Assembly: GCA_964556105.1 (NCBI GenBank)
Contig: CAZKWG010000001.1
Coordinates: 1 to 52,532, forward strand
Direction: 5' to 3'
DNA length: 52,532 nt
Source of the DNA: an uncultured Enterobacterales bacterium
GTDB taxonomy: Bacteria > Myxococcota_A > UBA796 > CAZKWG01
The notes below the pieces were generated by a model. It searched no databases. It was given only the letters and a program-made list of their open reading frames with translations, and was not told the origin of the DNA. Position numbers and translations under genes: made by a program. Below, piece by piece: positions 41,812 through 51,094 of the stretch (position 1 is its first letter; each line of letters starts with the position of its first letter).

Positions 41812-43068
41812 ATGGCCTTCGGAAAGATCCCCCGCTTCAGCCCCAGCTTCTCCCCGAAAGAGGCGTTGATCTCTGCCCGTCACCTGCTGGGCCACGAGGA
41901 TCACGCCACCTGGGTGAAGCGCTTCGAAGAGACCTTCGCCCGCTATATCGGCGCGAAGTACGCCGTGATGGTTCCCTCGGCCCGCTATGGCTGCTACCTG
42001 CTGCTCAAGGCGATGGGCGTGGGACCGGGCGACGAGGTCATCGTCCCCTCCATGACCTACTTCGCCATCCCGGCCATGGTCTCGCTCATCGGCGCGAAGC
42101 CGGTCTGGGCCGACATCGGGCTGACCAGCCACGTCATCGACCCGGAGAACTTCCGGGCGGCGATCACGAAGAAGACGAAGGCGGTCATCCCCACCCACCT
42201 CTTCGGCACGCCCTGCGACATGGACCCGATCACGAAGATCGCGGCCGAGCACGGCGTGAAGGTCATCGAGGACTGCGCGCAGTCCACCGGCGCCCGCTAC
42301 AAGGGCCGCCGCGTCGGCAGCATCGGCGACGCCGCCTACTACACGTTTGGCCTGACCAAGAACATCACGACCCTGTCCGGCGCGATGATCACCACCGACG
42401 ACGAGCGCGTGGCCGCGGAGATCCGCGCCACCATCGACGCGGGAGAGGCGATGGACCCCGCCAAGGCCCGCAAGGAGGCGGTGACCGGTCTCGGCATGTT
42501 CGTCGCCACCCACCCGGCCATCTACTGGGCCTCCCTGCACCCGGCCATCGTCATCGGGAACATGCTCGGCAAGGACCCGATCCACGAGCCCTTCGGCGAG
42601 GCCGAGGTCGTCTACGACAAGCTGCCCAGCGGCTTCAAGAAGACGAAGCCCCTCTCCGTGAACGCCGCGGTCGGCCTGCACCAGCTCGCCCGCATCGACG
42701 AGCTCAACGGCGCCCGCGTGAAGAACGGTCGCGTCCTCGACGAGCGCCTGGCGCACGTCCCCGGGCTCACCGTCCCGACCTACCCGAGCGGCGCCGAGCC
42801 CATCTACATGAGCTTCGTCGTCCATCACGCGCGCCGCGACGATCTGGCCAAGGCCCTGCGCAAGCGCGGGGTCGACACCACCGTGGGCTACATGAACGAC
42901 ATGTCCGACCACGAGCTGTTCCCACAGTTCCGTGATCCGAAGCCCAACGCCGCCCGCGCCAAGCAAGAGCTGCTGCACCTGCCGGTTCATCCGAACCTCT
43001 CCGAGCGCGACCGCGACCACCTTTGCGAGGCGGTGCGCGAAGCGTGCTTGGAGGTCAAGGCGTCTTAG
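41812..43068 (+). CDS. DegT/DnrJ/EryC1/StrS-family PLP-dependent aminotransferase
   Basis: AGGA lies 6 nt upstream of the ATG. The family pattern is GDEVIVPSMTYFA..., HLFGTPCDM, and the PLP-lysine context YTFGLTKNITTLSGAMITT. Confidence 0.85.
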   Translation: MAFGKIPRFSPSFSPKEALISARHLLGHEDHATWVKRFEETFARYIGAKYAVMVPSARYGCYLLLKAMGVGPGDEVIVPSMTYFAIPAMVSLIGAKPVWADIGLTSHVIDPENFRAAITKKTKAVIPTHLFGTPCDMDPITKIAAEHGVKVIEDCAQSTGARYKGRRVGSIGDAAYYTFGLTKNITTLSGAMITTDDERVAAEIRATIDAGEAMDPAKARKEAVTGLGMFVATHPAIYWASLHPAIVIGNMLGKDPIHEPFGEAEVVYDKLPSGFKKTKPLSVNAAVGLHQLARIDELNGARVKNGRVLDERLAHVPGLTVPTYPSGAEPIYMSFVVHHARRDDLAKALRKRGVDTTVGYMNDMSDHELFPQFRDPKPNAARAKQELLHLPVHPNLSERDRDHLCEAVREACLEVKAS

Positions 43069-43109
43069 ACTACACTACGAGAACTCCTACCTCCCCGCAG
43101 GGAGCTGCC

Positions 43110-44297
43110 ATGCTGTACACGCTCCGGAATTACAGTCGCATCGCCGAGGCCGCGATCACGCGACGTGTGCCGGTCTACGCCCACTTCGGCATCACGCACC
43201 GCTGCAACCTGACCTGCAAGATGTGCGGGATCTGGCGCTACGGGAACAAGAAAGAGGAGCTCTCGCTCGACGAGATCAAGGAGATGGCCGCGCGGATGTA
43301 CCGCATGGGCGTCGTGCAGGTCTCCATCGGCGGCGGGGAGCCCTTCGCCTACGAGGACCTGCCGGAGGCGGCGAAGTGCTTCATCGACGCGGGCCTCAAC
43401 CTGCGGGTGTTGACCAACGGCGTGGGCGTCACGAAGGAGCGGCTCGACCGCTGCATCGATTATGGCGTCAAAAACTTCTCTATCTCGCTGGATAGCCTCT
43501 ACCCGGCGCGCTTCGACTACATCTGTGAGTACGAGGGGAGCTGGGACCAGGCCGTCTCGTCGATGACCCACATCGCCAACCGGCTGCACGGCGTCAAGGG
43601 CTCGTTGCCCACCATCAACTGCGTGGTGAGCAACCTGAACCTGGAGGAGATCCCCGATCTCATCCGCTTCGCCAAGGAGATCGGCTTCGCGATCAGCCTG
43701 CTGCCGGTGGAGCTGCTCGCCGACCCGAAGGACGGCGTGCGCAACTGGGAGGCGCGCTTCATCCGCCATCGCCCGGAGATGGGCCTGAACACGGGGGACT
43801 CGGCCGCGGCGGTGCTCGCGCGCGTCGATCACACCTACGACACCGTGATCAAGATGAAGAAGGAGGGCTTCCCCATCCTGAACTCGACCCCGTACCTCGA
43901 GGCGAGCCGGATGTACCTGAAGACCGGCCGCTTCCCCGCCGAGGGTTGCGACGCTGGCCGCCTCTACTTCAGCGTGGCGCCGAACGGGCAGTTCACCATC
44001 TGCCATCGCACGGCGCAGAACCACGTCTCCATCCTCGATGACGGCTTCGAGGAGTACTTCCAGTCCGCGGCGTATGAGCGCTCCCGCATGCTCGAGGCGG
44101 CCTCCTGCGAGGGCTGCATGCGCGCCTGCTGGATCGACACCAGCTCGATGTTCCGCACCATCGAGGGCTTCTTCGAGACGACGAAGCTCACGCTCACGCC
44201 GCGCAAGAACAAGCCGGCGAGCTACGAAGAGGCCCGCGGCTGGGCGCGCTACGACGACGTCCCCATCGTCCCCGGCCAGCACGCCGAGGCGAAGTAA
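43110..44297 (+). CDS. radical SAM enzyme with a SPASM/twitch-type C-terminal Cys motif
   Basis: GGGAG lies 5 nt upstream of ATG 43110. The cluster motif is CNLTCKMC (CX3CX2C). GGGEP is present. The auxiliary motif is CDAGRLYFSVAPNGQFTIC (CX12GX4C) plus CEGCMRAC. Confidence 0.85.
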   Translation: MLYTLRNYSRIAEAAITRRVPVYAHFGITHRCNLTCKMCGIWRYGNKKEELSLDEIKEMAARMYRMGVVQVSIGGGEPFAYEDLPEAAKCFIDAGLNLRVLTNGVGVTKERLDRCIDYGVKNFSISLDSLYPARFDYICEYEGSWDQAVSSMTHIANRLHGVKGSLPTINCVVSNLNLEEIPDLIRFAKEIGFAISLLPVELLADPKDGVRNWEARFIRHRPEMGLNTGDSAAAVLARVDHTYDTVIKMKKEGFPILNSTPYLEASRMYLKTGRFPAEGCDAGRLYFSVAPNGQFTICHRTAQNHVSILDDGFEEYFQSAAYERSRMLEAASCEGCMRACWIDTSSMFRTIEGFFETTKLTLTPRKNKPASYEEARGWARYDDVPIVPGQHAEAK

Positions 44298-44320
44298 GCC
44301 GAGAACGCCTGGAGAAGGTA

Positions 44321-44371
44321 AGGGGCCCGCGGAGGAGCGACCATCACTCCTCCGCGGGCCCTTGATTTTTT
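44321..44371 (+). terminator. rho-independent terminator
   Basis: A perfect 15-bp stem pairs gggcccgcggaggag (44323-44337) with ctcctccgcgggccc (44347-44361). The loop is 9 nt, and the stem is followed by ttgaTTTTTT (T-run 44366-44371). Confidence 0.85.
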
Positions 44372-44404
44372 GTGGGAGAGGGCTACCCTTCCCGCCGGGG
44401 GAGC

Positions 44405-45121
44405 ATGTCCAACGTCCTCGCCGTCTTTCGCCGAGAATTCTGGAGCGCCTTCGACGCGCCGCTCGCCTACATCGCGGTGACGGTGTTCCTGGTGCTCGTC
44501 GGCGGATTCTCGCTGTTCTTCCAGGATCTGCTGGCCAGCGGCGTCGCCTCGCTGCGCCCGATGTTCTTCTGGAGCGCCGTCTTCTACCTGCTGCTCATCC
44601 CCGCCGTGACCATGCGCCTCTTCGCCGAGGAGCGCCGCACCGGCACGCTGGAGCTGCTGGTCACCCTGCCCATCTCCGAGGGCGAGATCGTGCTGGGCAA
44701 GTTCCTCTCCGCCCTCGCCCTGATGGGCGTCGCGCTGGCCCTCACGCTGACCTATCCGCTGACCCTGGCCACCCTCGGTGATCTGGACGGGGGCGCGGTG
44801 GCCGGCGGCTACCTGGGCCTCTTTCTGCTCGGCGCCGCGCTCTGCGCCATCGGCACCGCCGCCAGCGCCTACACCAGCAACCAGGTCGTCGCCTTCCTGG
44901 TCGCCCTGCTGCTCGGGACGGTGCCGTTCGCCACCGGCTTCGCGCTGGACCGCGTGCCCGCCTCCCTGCTGCCGATCGTGCAGTATCTCTCCTTCGACTA
45001 CCACTTCAACAACCTCGCCCGCGGCGTGATCGACACGCGCGACATCGTCTTTTACGGCAGCGTCGTCGCCCTCTTCCTCCACCTCGCGGTCTTCGGCCTC
45101 GAGCGGCGAAGGCTCTCCTGA
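44405..45121 (+). CDS. ABC-2-type transporter permease (GldF-like)
   Basis: GGGGGAG lies upstream of ATG 44405. It has six hydrophobic spans and the motif FAEERRTGTLELLVTLPIS. Confidence 0.8.
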   Translation: MSNVLAVFRREFWSAFDAPLAYIAVTVFLVLVGGFSLFFQDLLASGVASLRPMFFWSAVFYLLLIPAVTMRLFAEERRTGTLELLVTLPISEGEIVLGKFLSALALMGVALALTLTYPLTLATLGDLDGGAVAGGYLGLFLLGAALCAIGTAASAYTSNQVVAFLVALLLGTVPFATGFALDRVPASLLPIVQYLSFDYHFNNLARGVIDTRDIVFYGSVVALFLHLAVFGLERRRLS

Positions 45122-45122
45122 G

Positions 45123-46736
45123 ATGGACGCCCGGCAGAACCTCCGCGCCAACTCCGTCCTCCAGCTCGCGCTGGTCGTCGTCATCGTCGTGCTGGTCAAC
45201 ACGCTGGCGTCCCGGCACTTCTTCCGTCTGGACCTGACGGACGAGCGGCTCTACACGCTCGACATCGTCACGCGCAACCTCATGTCGCGGCTGGAGCGCC
45301 CGCTGGTCGCCAAGGTCTACTTCACCCGCGGGCTGGAGGCGCCGTACAACAACCACGAGCAGATCCTCGTGGACAAGCTCGACGACCTGCGCGCCTACAG
45401 CAAAGGCTGGATGGACGTCCAGGTTCAGGACCCCACCGACCGCCCCGAGATCCAGGAGGAGGCGACCCGCTTCGGGATCTCGCCCATCCCCTACCTGTTC
45501 ACCAGCGCCTCGCGGCGCGAGCTGAAGCAGGTCTACATGGGCCTCGCCCTGGTCTACGGCGACCGCCAGGAGGTCATCCCCGCCGTCGCGAGCACCGAGG
45601 CGCTGGAGTACGAGCTCGCCCGCGCCATCAAGAGCCTGATCTCCACGGAGGAGCCGAAGACCGTGGCCTTCAGCGTCGGCTCGGGGGAGCCCAGCCTGCA
45701 GAGCGCCAGCGGGCCGCTGCAGACCCTCGCGGGCCGCATCCGCGAGCGCTACCAGCTCGCCCAGGTGCAGCTCGGCGGCGCCGGTCTCCTGCCCGAGCAG
45801 GTCGACACGGTGATCGTCGTCGGCCCCCAGCAGCCGCTCTCGGCGCGCGCCCAGTACCAGATCGACCAGCTCCTGATGCGCGGCGGATCGCTCGCGTTCT
45901 TCCTTACGAACCTCAAGCCGGACATGCGGACCATGCGCCCGCAGAACGTGCCGCACGGCCTCGAGCCGCTGCTGGCCCGCTACGGCGTGACGCTGAACCG
46001 CGACATCCTCCTGGACCGGCAGCAGAACGGCCGCTTCCCCTTCCCGATCCGCCAGGGTGGTCAGGTGGTGCGGCAGTCGCTGAACTACGCGCTGATGCCG
46101 AAGGCGACGATGCTCAACCGGTCCACGGCGCTGACCAAGGGCTCGGACTCGCTGCTCTTCCCCTTCGCCAGCACGCTCGCGCTGACCGACCCGCTGCCCG
46201 ATGGCGTGAGCGCCGAGGTCATCGCCTCCTCCTCGTCCAGCTCGGGGCGGGTCGGCGGGCTGCGCACCATCGATCCAGCGGCGTTTCAGGCCGTGCTCTC
46301 CAGCGAGGAGACCGGCAGCTTCCCCCTCCTCATCACGCTGCAAGGACGCTGGACCTCGGCCTTCGCTGATCAGGCCGCCCCGCCGCCCCCTCCAGGCGCG
46401 CCCGAGGATCCCGCGATGTCCCCGGACGATCCCACGACGCGCATGCGCTCCGGCGCCCCGGCGCGGATCGCGGTGGCCGGCTCCGGCGACTTCGTTGGGA
46501 ACAACCTCCCCTTCATGCTGAACCTCGTGGACTGGCTGGTGCAGGACGAGGAGCTGGTGAACATCCGCGCCAAGGCCGTCGAGCTCCCCGAGCTGGAGAC
46601 CCCCGAGGCCCAGCGCGCGCTCGGGCTCAAGCTGGTGAACATCCTGGGTGGCGTCGCCGCCCTGCTGGCGCTGGGGGGAGCCCGCTGGCTCTCCCGCCGA
46701 CCCAAGGGCACGACGGACGCGGGAGGTGGCGCGTGA
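45123..46736 (+). CDS. GldG-like ABC-transporter auxiliary component
   Basis: It starts 1 nt after the permease stop. It has N- and C-terminal TM anchors. The family-like N-terminus is RLDLTDERLYTLDIVTRNLMSRLERPLVAKVYFT. Confidence 0.75.
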   Translation: MDARQNLRANSVLQLALVVVIVVLVNTLASRHFFRLDLTDERLYTLDIVTRNLMSRLERPLVAKVYFTRGLEAPYNNHEQILVDKLDDLRAYSKGWMDVQVQDPTDRPEIQEEATRFGISPIPYLFTSASRRELKQVYMGLALVYGDRQEVIPAVASTEALEYELARAIKSLISTEEPKTVAFSVGSGEPSLQSASGPLQTLAGRIRERYQLAQVQLGGAGLLPEQVDTVIVVGPQQPLSARAQYQIDQLLMRGGSLAFFLTNLKPDMRTMRPQNVPHGLEPLLARYGVTLNRDILLDRQQNGRFPFPIRQGGQVVRQSLNYALMPKATMLNRSTALTKGSDSLLFPFASTLALTDPLPDGVSAEVIASSSSSSGRVGGLRTIDPAAFQAVLSSEETGSFPLLITLQGRWTSAFADQAAPPPPPGAPEDPAMSPDDPTTRMRSGAPARIAVAGSGDFVGNNLPFMLNLVDWLVQDEELVNIRAKAVELPELETPEAQRALGLKLVNILGGVAALLALGGARWLSRRPKGTTDAGGGA

Positions 46737-48073
46737 GGCTCACCGCGAAGTCCCGCGCCCTGGCCATCGTCGCCGCGCTGCTGCTGGCGCTCGTGCTCGT
46801 CACCGGCGTCCGCACGTCGGCCGTCTCCGAGGTGCCGCGCATCGAGGCCGTCACCCGCGACGCCGTCACCCGCATCGAGCTCTCCGGCGCCGAGGACAAG
46901 CTGGTCCTCCGACCGGAGGCCGGGCGCTGGCGCGTCACCGCCCCCTACCAGGCCGAGGCCGACCAGCAGGCGGTCCAGGCGCTGCTCACGGCCTTCCGCA
47001 AGGAGATCCTCATCGACGTCGCCGTAGACCGCGGCAACGAGGACAAGTACGGCCTGGAGCCCGGCAAGGGCCACGTCATCGAGGTCTGGACCACCGAGGA
47101 AGACCCGGTCATCTCGTTCACGGTGGGCGACGACACGGCAGGGGGCAGCAGCTATATCCGCCTCTCGGGAGACGACGCCGTCTACCGGGCGCGGGTCGGC
47201 GGGCGCGCCCGCTTCGCCCGCAGCCTGAGCGAGTGGCGCAGCCGCTTCGCCGTCGATGTCGCCCCGGAGCGCGTCGTGGGGATGACCTTCCGCGTGGGCG
47301 AGGCCGAGCTCGCCCTCACCCGTCCCGCGGCCGAGACCAGCCCTGAGGGCGTCGCCCGAGCGCGCCCCTGGTCGCTGGAGCCCACCCCGCCCTGGACCCT
47401 CGACCAGGCCCTCGCCGACGCCTGGGTCAGCCGCCTCGCCCAGCTCCGCGCCGTCGCCATCCTCCCGCCGGACACCGCCATCGGCGCCACGGCGGCCGAG
47501 GTCCAGCTCAGCCTGGACGACGGCAGCGCGCGCACGCTGCGCCTCCACCCGCGCGAGGACGGGCCCCTGCTGGCGACGGTGGACGAGACCCCGGAGCGCT
47601 ACCGCGTCCCTGACGTGCTCCTGCAGCTCCTCCCGAAGACCGCGGACGACCTCCGCGACCGCACCGTGCTTCGGCTGGTGCGCGAGGACATCGACACGCT
47701 GCTCCTCGAGGACGCGAAGGGCCAGGTCCTCCTGCGCCAGGACGCCGCCAGCCAGGTCTGGCAGCCCATCCAGCCTTCGAGCCTCACGCTGGACGTCCGC
47801 CAGACCCAGATCGCGGCGAACATCCTCGCGCTCCTGCGGGCGGAGACGGTGATCGAGGGCGCCCCGGGGGCAGAGAGCGGGCTTCAGAGCCCCACCCTGA
47901 CGATCACCATCACGCGGGTGGACGGCACGGTCGCGCGCCTGATGATCGGCGCCCCCACGACGGACGCCCTGGGGCGGGCCGTCTGGTACGCCACGGCTAC
48001 AGGCAACGCCAACACCTACCTGGTCGCCGACGAGCTGGTGAGCCGGTTGAAGGCTGGCTTCGGGCGTCCCTGA
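46733..48073 (+). CDS. DUF4340-like membrane-anchored protein
   Basis: The GTG start overlaps the GldG-like stop (GTGA). It has an N-terminal TM segment. Both the position after a GldG-like gene and the repeat architecture are typical. Confidence 0.65.
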   Translation: MRLTAKSRALAIVAALLLALVLVTGVRTSAVSEVPRIEAVTRDAVTRIELSGAEDKLVLRPEAGRWRVTAPYQAEADQQAVQALLTAFRKEILIDVAVDRGNEDKYGLEPGKGHVIEVWTTEEDPVISFTVGDDTAGGSSYIRLSGDDAVYRARVGGRARFARSLSEWRSRFAVDVAPERVVGMTFRVGEAELALTRPAAETSPEGVARARPWSLEPTPPWTLDQALADAWVSRLAQLRAVAILPPDTAIGATAAEVQLSLDDGSARTLRLHPREDGPLLATVDETPERYRVPDVLLQLLPKTADDLRDRTVLRLVREDIDTLLLEDAKGQVLLRQDAASQVWQPIQPSSLTLDVRQTQIAANILALLRAETVIEGAPGAESGLQSPTLTITITRVDGTVARLMIGAPTTDALGRAVWYATATGNANTYLVADELVSRLKAGFGRP

Positions 48074-48222
48074 GCGCGCCCCTCCGGGCTGCCGCAGATT
48101 TTTTTTGGGCGACATCGAATGCCGGGCGGGTCTGGAGCGTCCGAGACGGTGAACGCGCCGCGCGCCATGGAGCGCACGACGAACGACGGCCCCCCGCTCT
48201 CGCGATGTTCCAGGAGCTTCCC

Positions 48223-49380
48223 ATGACCTCCGCGCTGATCCCCCTCGCCGCCTCGTCCCTGCTCGCGCTCTCCGGTGCTCCTGCTGGTCAGGGCGCTTCC
48301 AAGGCTGGCCAGCAGGGTCAGGCCGCCCACGCGCCGGCCGCCCAGGCCCCCGCCGCCCGCGGACAGAGCCCCGTGGCCCAGGCCCCTCGCCCCGGCGTCT
48401 CCCGTCCCGCCACGCGCAACGGCGGCGAGATGATGACCGCCCGCTCCGGCGCCGCGCCCAGCAGCCACGCCCGCACCGCTCCTGACCGCAGCGGCTCCTC
48501 GAGCGCCCAGGCCACCAGCGGCGGCTCGCCTCCTCCGAGCTCGTCTGGCGCCCACGGCGCGCCCCCCCGCAGCAGCTCCTCGAACGCGGTCCAGGCCCAC
48601 CCCACCCAGGGCGGCCACGCGACCCGCCCGGCTCCCCAGGCCGCCCGGCCGGCGCACCACAGCGCGCACGGCAGCCGCCCCGCCCACGCCCCGGCGCACC
48701 GCTACGGCCCCTGGAACCCGACCCCGCACCGCACCTACGTCGTGCGCCACCACCACGTCTCGCCCTGGCACCCCCGCTACTGGACGGCCGGCGTCTTCGT
48801 CTACGAGGCGCCCCCTCGCGCGGTGGTCACGCACGGCCGCGCGCCCGCCAGGACGGCCGCCCCGGAGCGCGAGATCGACCGCGAGAGCAGCCTCTCGGTG
48901 GGCGTGCGCTCGGGCAGCTACATGTCCGGCTACGAGAACCAGGCGAGCTACGGTGACTTCGGTCTCGGCCTCTCCGCCCGCTACCGCGGCAACGAGGCGC
49001 TCGGCCTCGAGGTCTCGTACGGGTACTTCAACGACGACTTCACCAAGGAGTCCGAGCGCGTGACCCAGCCGATCTCGGCCTCGGTGGAGCTGTTCGCCTT
49101 CCCCTGGACCGAGGTGAGCCCCTACGTGCTCGGCGGCGTGACCTGGACGAAGCGCACCTACAACGACACCTACACCTACGGCTCGCTCACCGAGACCTTT
49201 GAGAAGGACGACGTGCAGTTCGGCCCGCACGGCGGCGTCGGCATCGAGCTGGCGGTGAGCCAGAAGGCCAGCATCAACCTGGAAGGTCGCTACACCCACT
49301 TCGTGACCCACGAGACGGGTGAGGACGCGAGCGCCCCCGGCGCGCTTCAGGGCCTGGTCGGCGTCAACCTGTACTTCTGA
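48223..49380 (+). CDS. outer-membrane beta-barrel protein with a long Ala/Pro/Ser/His-rich N-terminal region
   Basis: AGGAG lies 6 nt upstream of ATG 48223, which I prefer over 48205. The signal peptide is MTSALIPLAASSLLALSGAPA. The C-terminal roughly 170 aa have alternating beta-strand character and end in GVNLYF. Confidence 0.7.
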   Translation: MTSALIPLAASSLLALSGAPAGQGASKAGQQGQAAHAPAAQAPAARGQSPVAQAPRPGVSRPATRNGGEMMTARSGAAPSSHARTAPDRSGSSSAQATSGGSPPPSSSGAHGAPPRSSSSNAVQAHPTQGGHATRPAPQAARPAHHSAHGSRPAHAPAHRYGPWNPTPHRTYVVRHHHVSPWHPRYWTAGVFVYEAPPRAVVTHGRAPARTAAPEREIDRESSLSVGVRSGSYMSGYENQASYGDFGLGLSARYRGNEALGLEVSYGYFNDDFTKESERVTQPISASVELFAFPWTEVSPYVLGGVTWTKRTYNDTYTYGSLTETFEKDDVQFGPHGGVGIELAVSQKASINLEGRYTHFVTHETGEDASAPGALQGLVGVNLYF

Positions 49381-50593
49381 GCTGTCGCAGCAGCAAGGCC
49401 AGCGCCGCGGCGGCCGAGAGACCCTGGACACGGTCTCGGTCGCCCGGCAGCTTGAGCCTGCGCACCTCGGACACGCCGGGGCCCGCCACGGAGACGTAGA
49501 CCGTCCCGACGGGCTTCTCCGGCGTTCCTCCGCCCGGGCCGGCGACGCCCGTGACGCCGATCCCCCAGGTGGCGCCGGCGCGAGCGCGAATGCCCTCCGC
49601 GAGCTGTCGGGCGACCGGCTCGCTGACCGCGCCGTGAGCGGCGAGATCCTCGGGCCTGACCTGGCAGGTGCGGACCTTGGCCTCGTTGCTGTAGACCACG
49701 GCGCCCTCGAGCAGATAGCGGCTGGCGCCGGGGACGGCCGCCACCCACTGGGCGATCCGGCCCGCCGTGCAGCTCTCGGCCGTGGCCAGGGTCTGACCCC
49801 GCTCCGCCAGCAGGGCGCCCACCACCTCGGAGAGATCGCCGCTGTCCTCGCCGAACACGCCCGCCCCGATGCGCGCGCGCGCGTCGGCCAGCAGCGTCTC
49901 CCGCCGGGCGTCGCTGAGCTCAGCGTCGAAGCGCAGCTTGACCTGAACCTCGCCCGTCATCGCGCGATACCCGATGTTCAAGCCCGGCTCCTCGAGCCCG
50001 GCGAGGCGCTCGGAGAGCTCGCCCTCAGGCACCCCGGTGGTGCGCAGGATGCTCAGGCGCGGCGGGCGGAGGGCGAAGCGGGCGCGGATCTCGGGCTCGA
50101 TGGCGGTCTCGAAGAGGGGCCTCATCTCCCGCGGGACGCCGGGCATGAACCAGAGCGAGGCCCCTGGCAGGTCGATCGCGAAGCCCGGCGCGGTCCCCCA
50201 GTGGTTCTGCAGGACGCGCGCACCTCGTGGGATCAACGCCTGCTTCTGGGCACCTGGGCCCACGGGGCGCCCCCAGAGCGCGTAGCGGGCCGACACCTGG
50301 GCCATCGCGTCCGGGTGCTCCTCCAGGGGCATGTCGAAGGCGAGCGCGGCGGCCTCCGCGGTCCAGTCATCCGTGGTCGGCCCCAGACCGCCCGTGCTGA
50401 CGATCACCTCGCCCAGGGTGGCGGCCTCGCGGAGGACCGCGACGATCTCGGGCAGCTCGTCCGGGGCGGTGATCTTCCGGCGCACCGGGACCCCGAGCGC
50501 CCAGAGGCGCCCCGCCAGCCAGTTGCTGTTGGTGTCTACGGTCTGGCCAATCAGGAGCTCGTCGCCCTGGGCGAGGATCACGGCGCGCGGCAT
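49364..50593 (-). CDS. cinA: CinA-family protein (MoCF-type domain plus nicotinamide-nucleotide amidase domain)
   Basis: Start reset to ATG 50593 (MPRAVILAQGDELLIGQTVDTNSNWL). The C-terminal motifs are ATAESCTAG and GVTGVAGPGGGT. Confidence 0.9.
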   Translation of the reverse strand: MPRAVILAQGDELLIGQTVDTNSNWLAGRLWALGVPVRRKITAPDELPEIVAVLREAATLGEVIVSTGGLGPTTDDWTAEAAALAFDMPLEEHPDAMAQVSARYALWGRPVGPGAQKQALIPRGARVLQNHWGTAPGFAIDLPGASLWFMPGVPREMRPLFETAIEPEIRARFALRPPRLSILRTTGVPEGELSERLAGLEEPGLNIGYRAMTGEVQVKLRFDAELSDARRETLLADARARIGAGVFGEDSGDLSEVVGALLAERGQTLATAESCTAGRIAQWVAAVPGASRYLLEGAVVYSNEAKVRTCQVRPEDLAAHGAVSEPVARQLAEGIRARAGATWGIGVTGVAGPGGGTPEKPVGTVYVSVAGPGVSEVRRLKLPGDRDRVQGLSAAAALALLLRQLRSTG

Positions 50594-50642
50594 CGGGTCT
50601 CCTGCGTGCGTCAGTGGGGTGGATGGGCTAACCGAGCCCACC

Positions 50643-51074
50643 ATGGCGTCCATTCTCGCGCTCGATGTCGGCACCCGACGCATCGGCGTCGCCCGAGCCC
50701 CCGCCTCGGGTCCGCGCCTCGCCACGCCCCTCTGCGTCGTCGAGCGCCAGGGCGTGCGCAAGGACGTGGAGCGGCTCGCCGAGCTCTGCAGCAAGCACGA
50801 CGCGAGCGCGATCGTCGTCGGTCTGCCCTACGATCTCGAGGGGAGCGAGGGCCGGAGCGCGCGGCTGGCCCGCCAGATCGGCGAGGCGCTCACCGAGCGC
50901 GCGCGGCTGCCCGTCCACTACCAGGATGAGCGCTTCACCACGGTGGAGGCCACCGCTCGCCTGCACGACGCCGGGCTGAGCCATCGCGCGCAGCGGGCGA
51001 TCATCGACGCCGCCGCCGCGACGGTCATCCTCCAAGACTGGCTGGACGGCGCGTCGCCCGGCGAGCCACGTTAG
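50643..51074 (+). CDS. ruvX: Holliday-junction resolvase-like RuvX/YqgF
   Basis: MASILALDVGTRRIGVA...IVVGLPYDLEGSEG...DERFTTVEA. Confidence 0.9.
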   Translation: MASILALDVGTRRIGVARAPASGPRLATPLCVVERQGVRKDVERLAELCSKHDASAIVVGLPYDLEGSEGRSARLARQIGEALTERARLPVHYQDERFTTVEATARLHDAGLSHRAQRAIIDAAAATVILQDWLDGASPGEPR

Positions 51075-51094
51075 ACGCCTGGACGGGAGGCGCG

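Noticed and set aside
48074-48106. T8 tract (48099-48106) after the DUF4340-like gene as an intrinsic terminator
   Set aside because: I could find only a 4-bp GCCC/GGGC stem, and it lies 9 nt away from the T-run. No stable hairpin abuts the T-run. The tract may be an UP-like element or a spacer for the next promoter instead.
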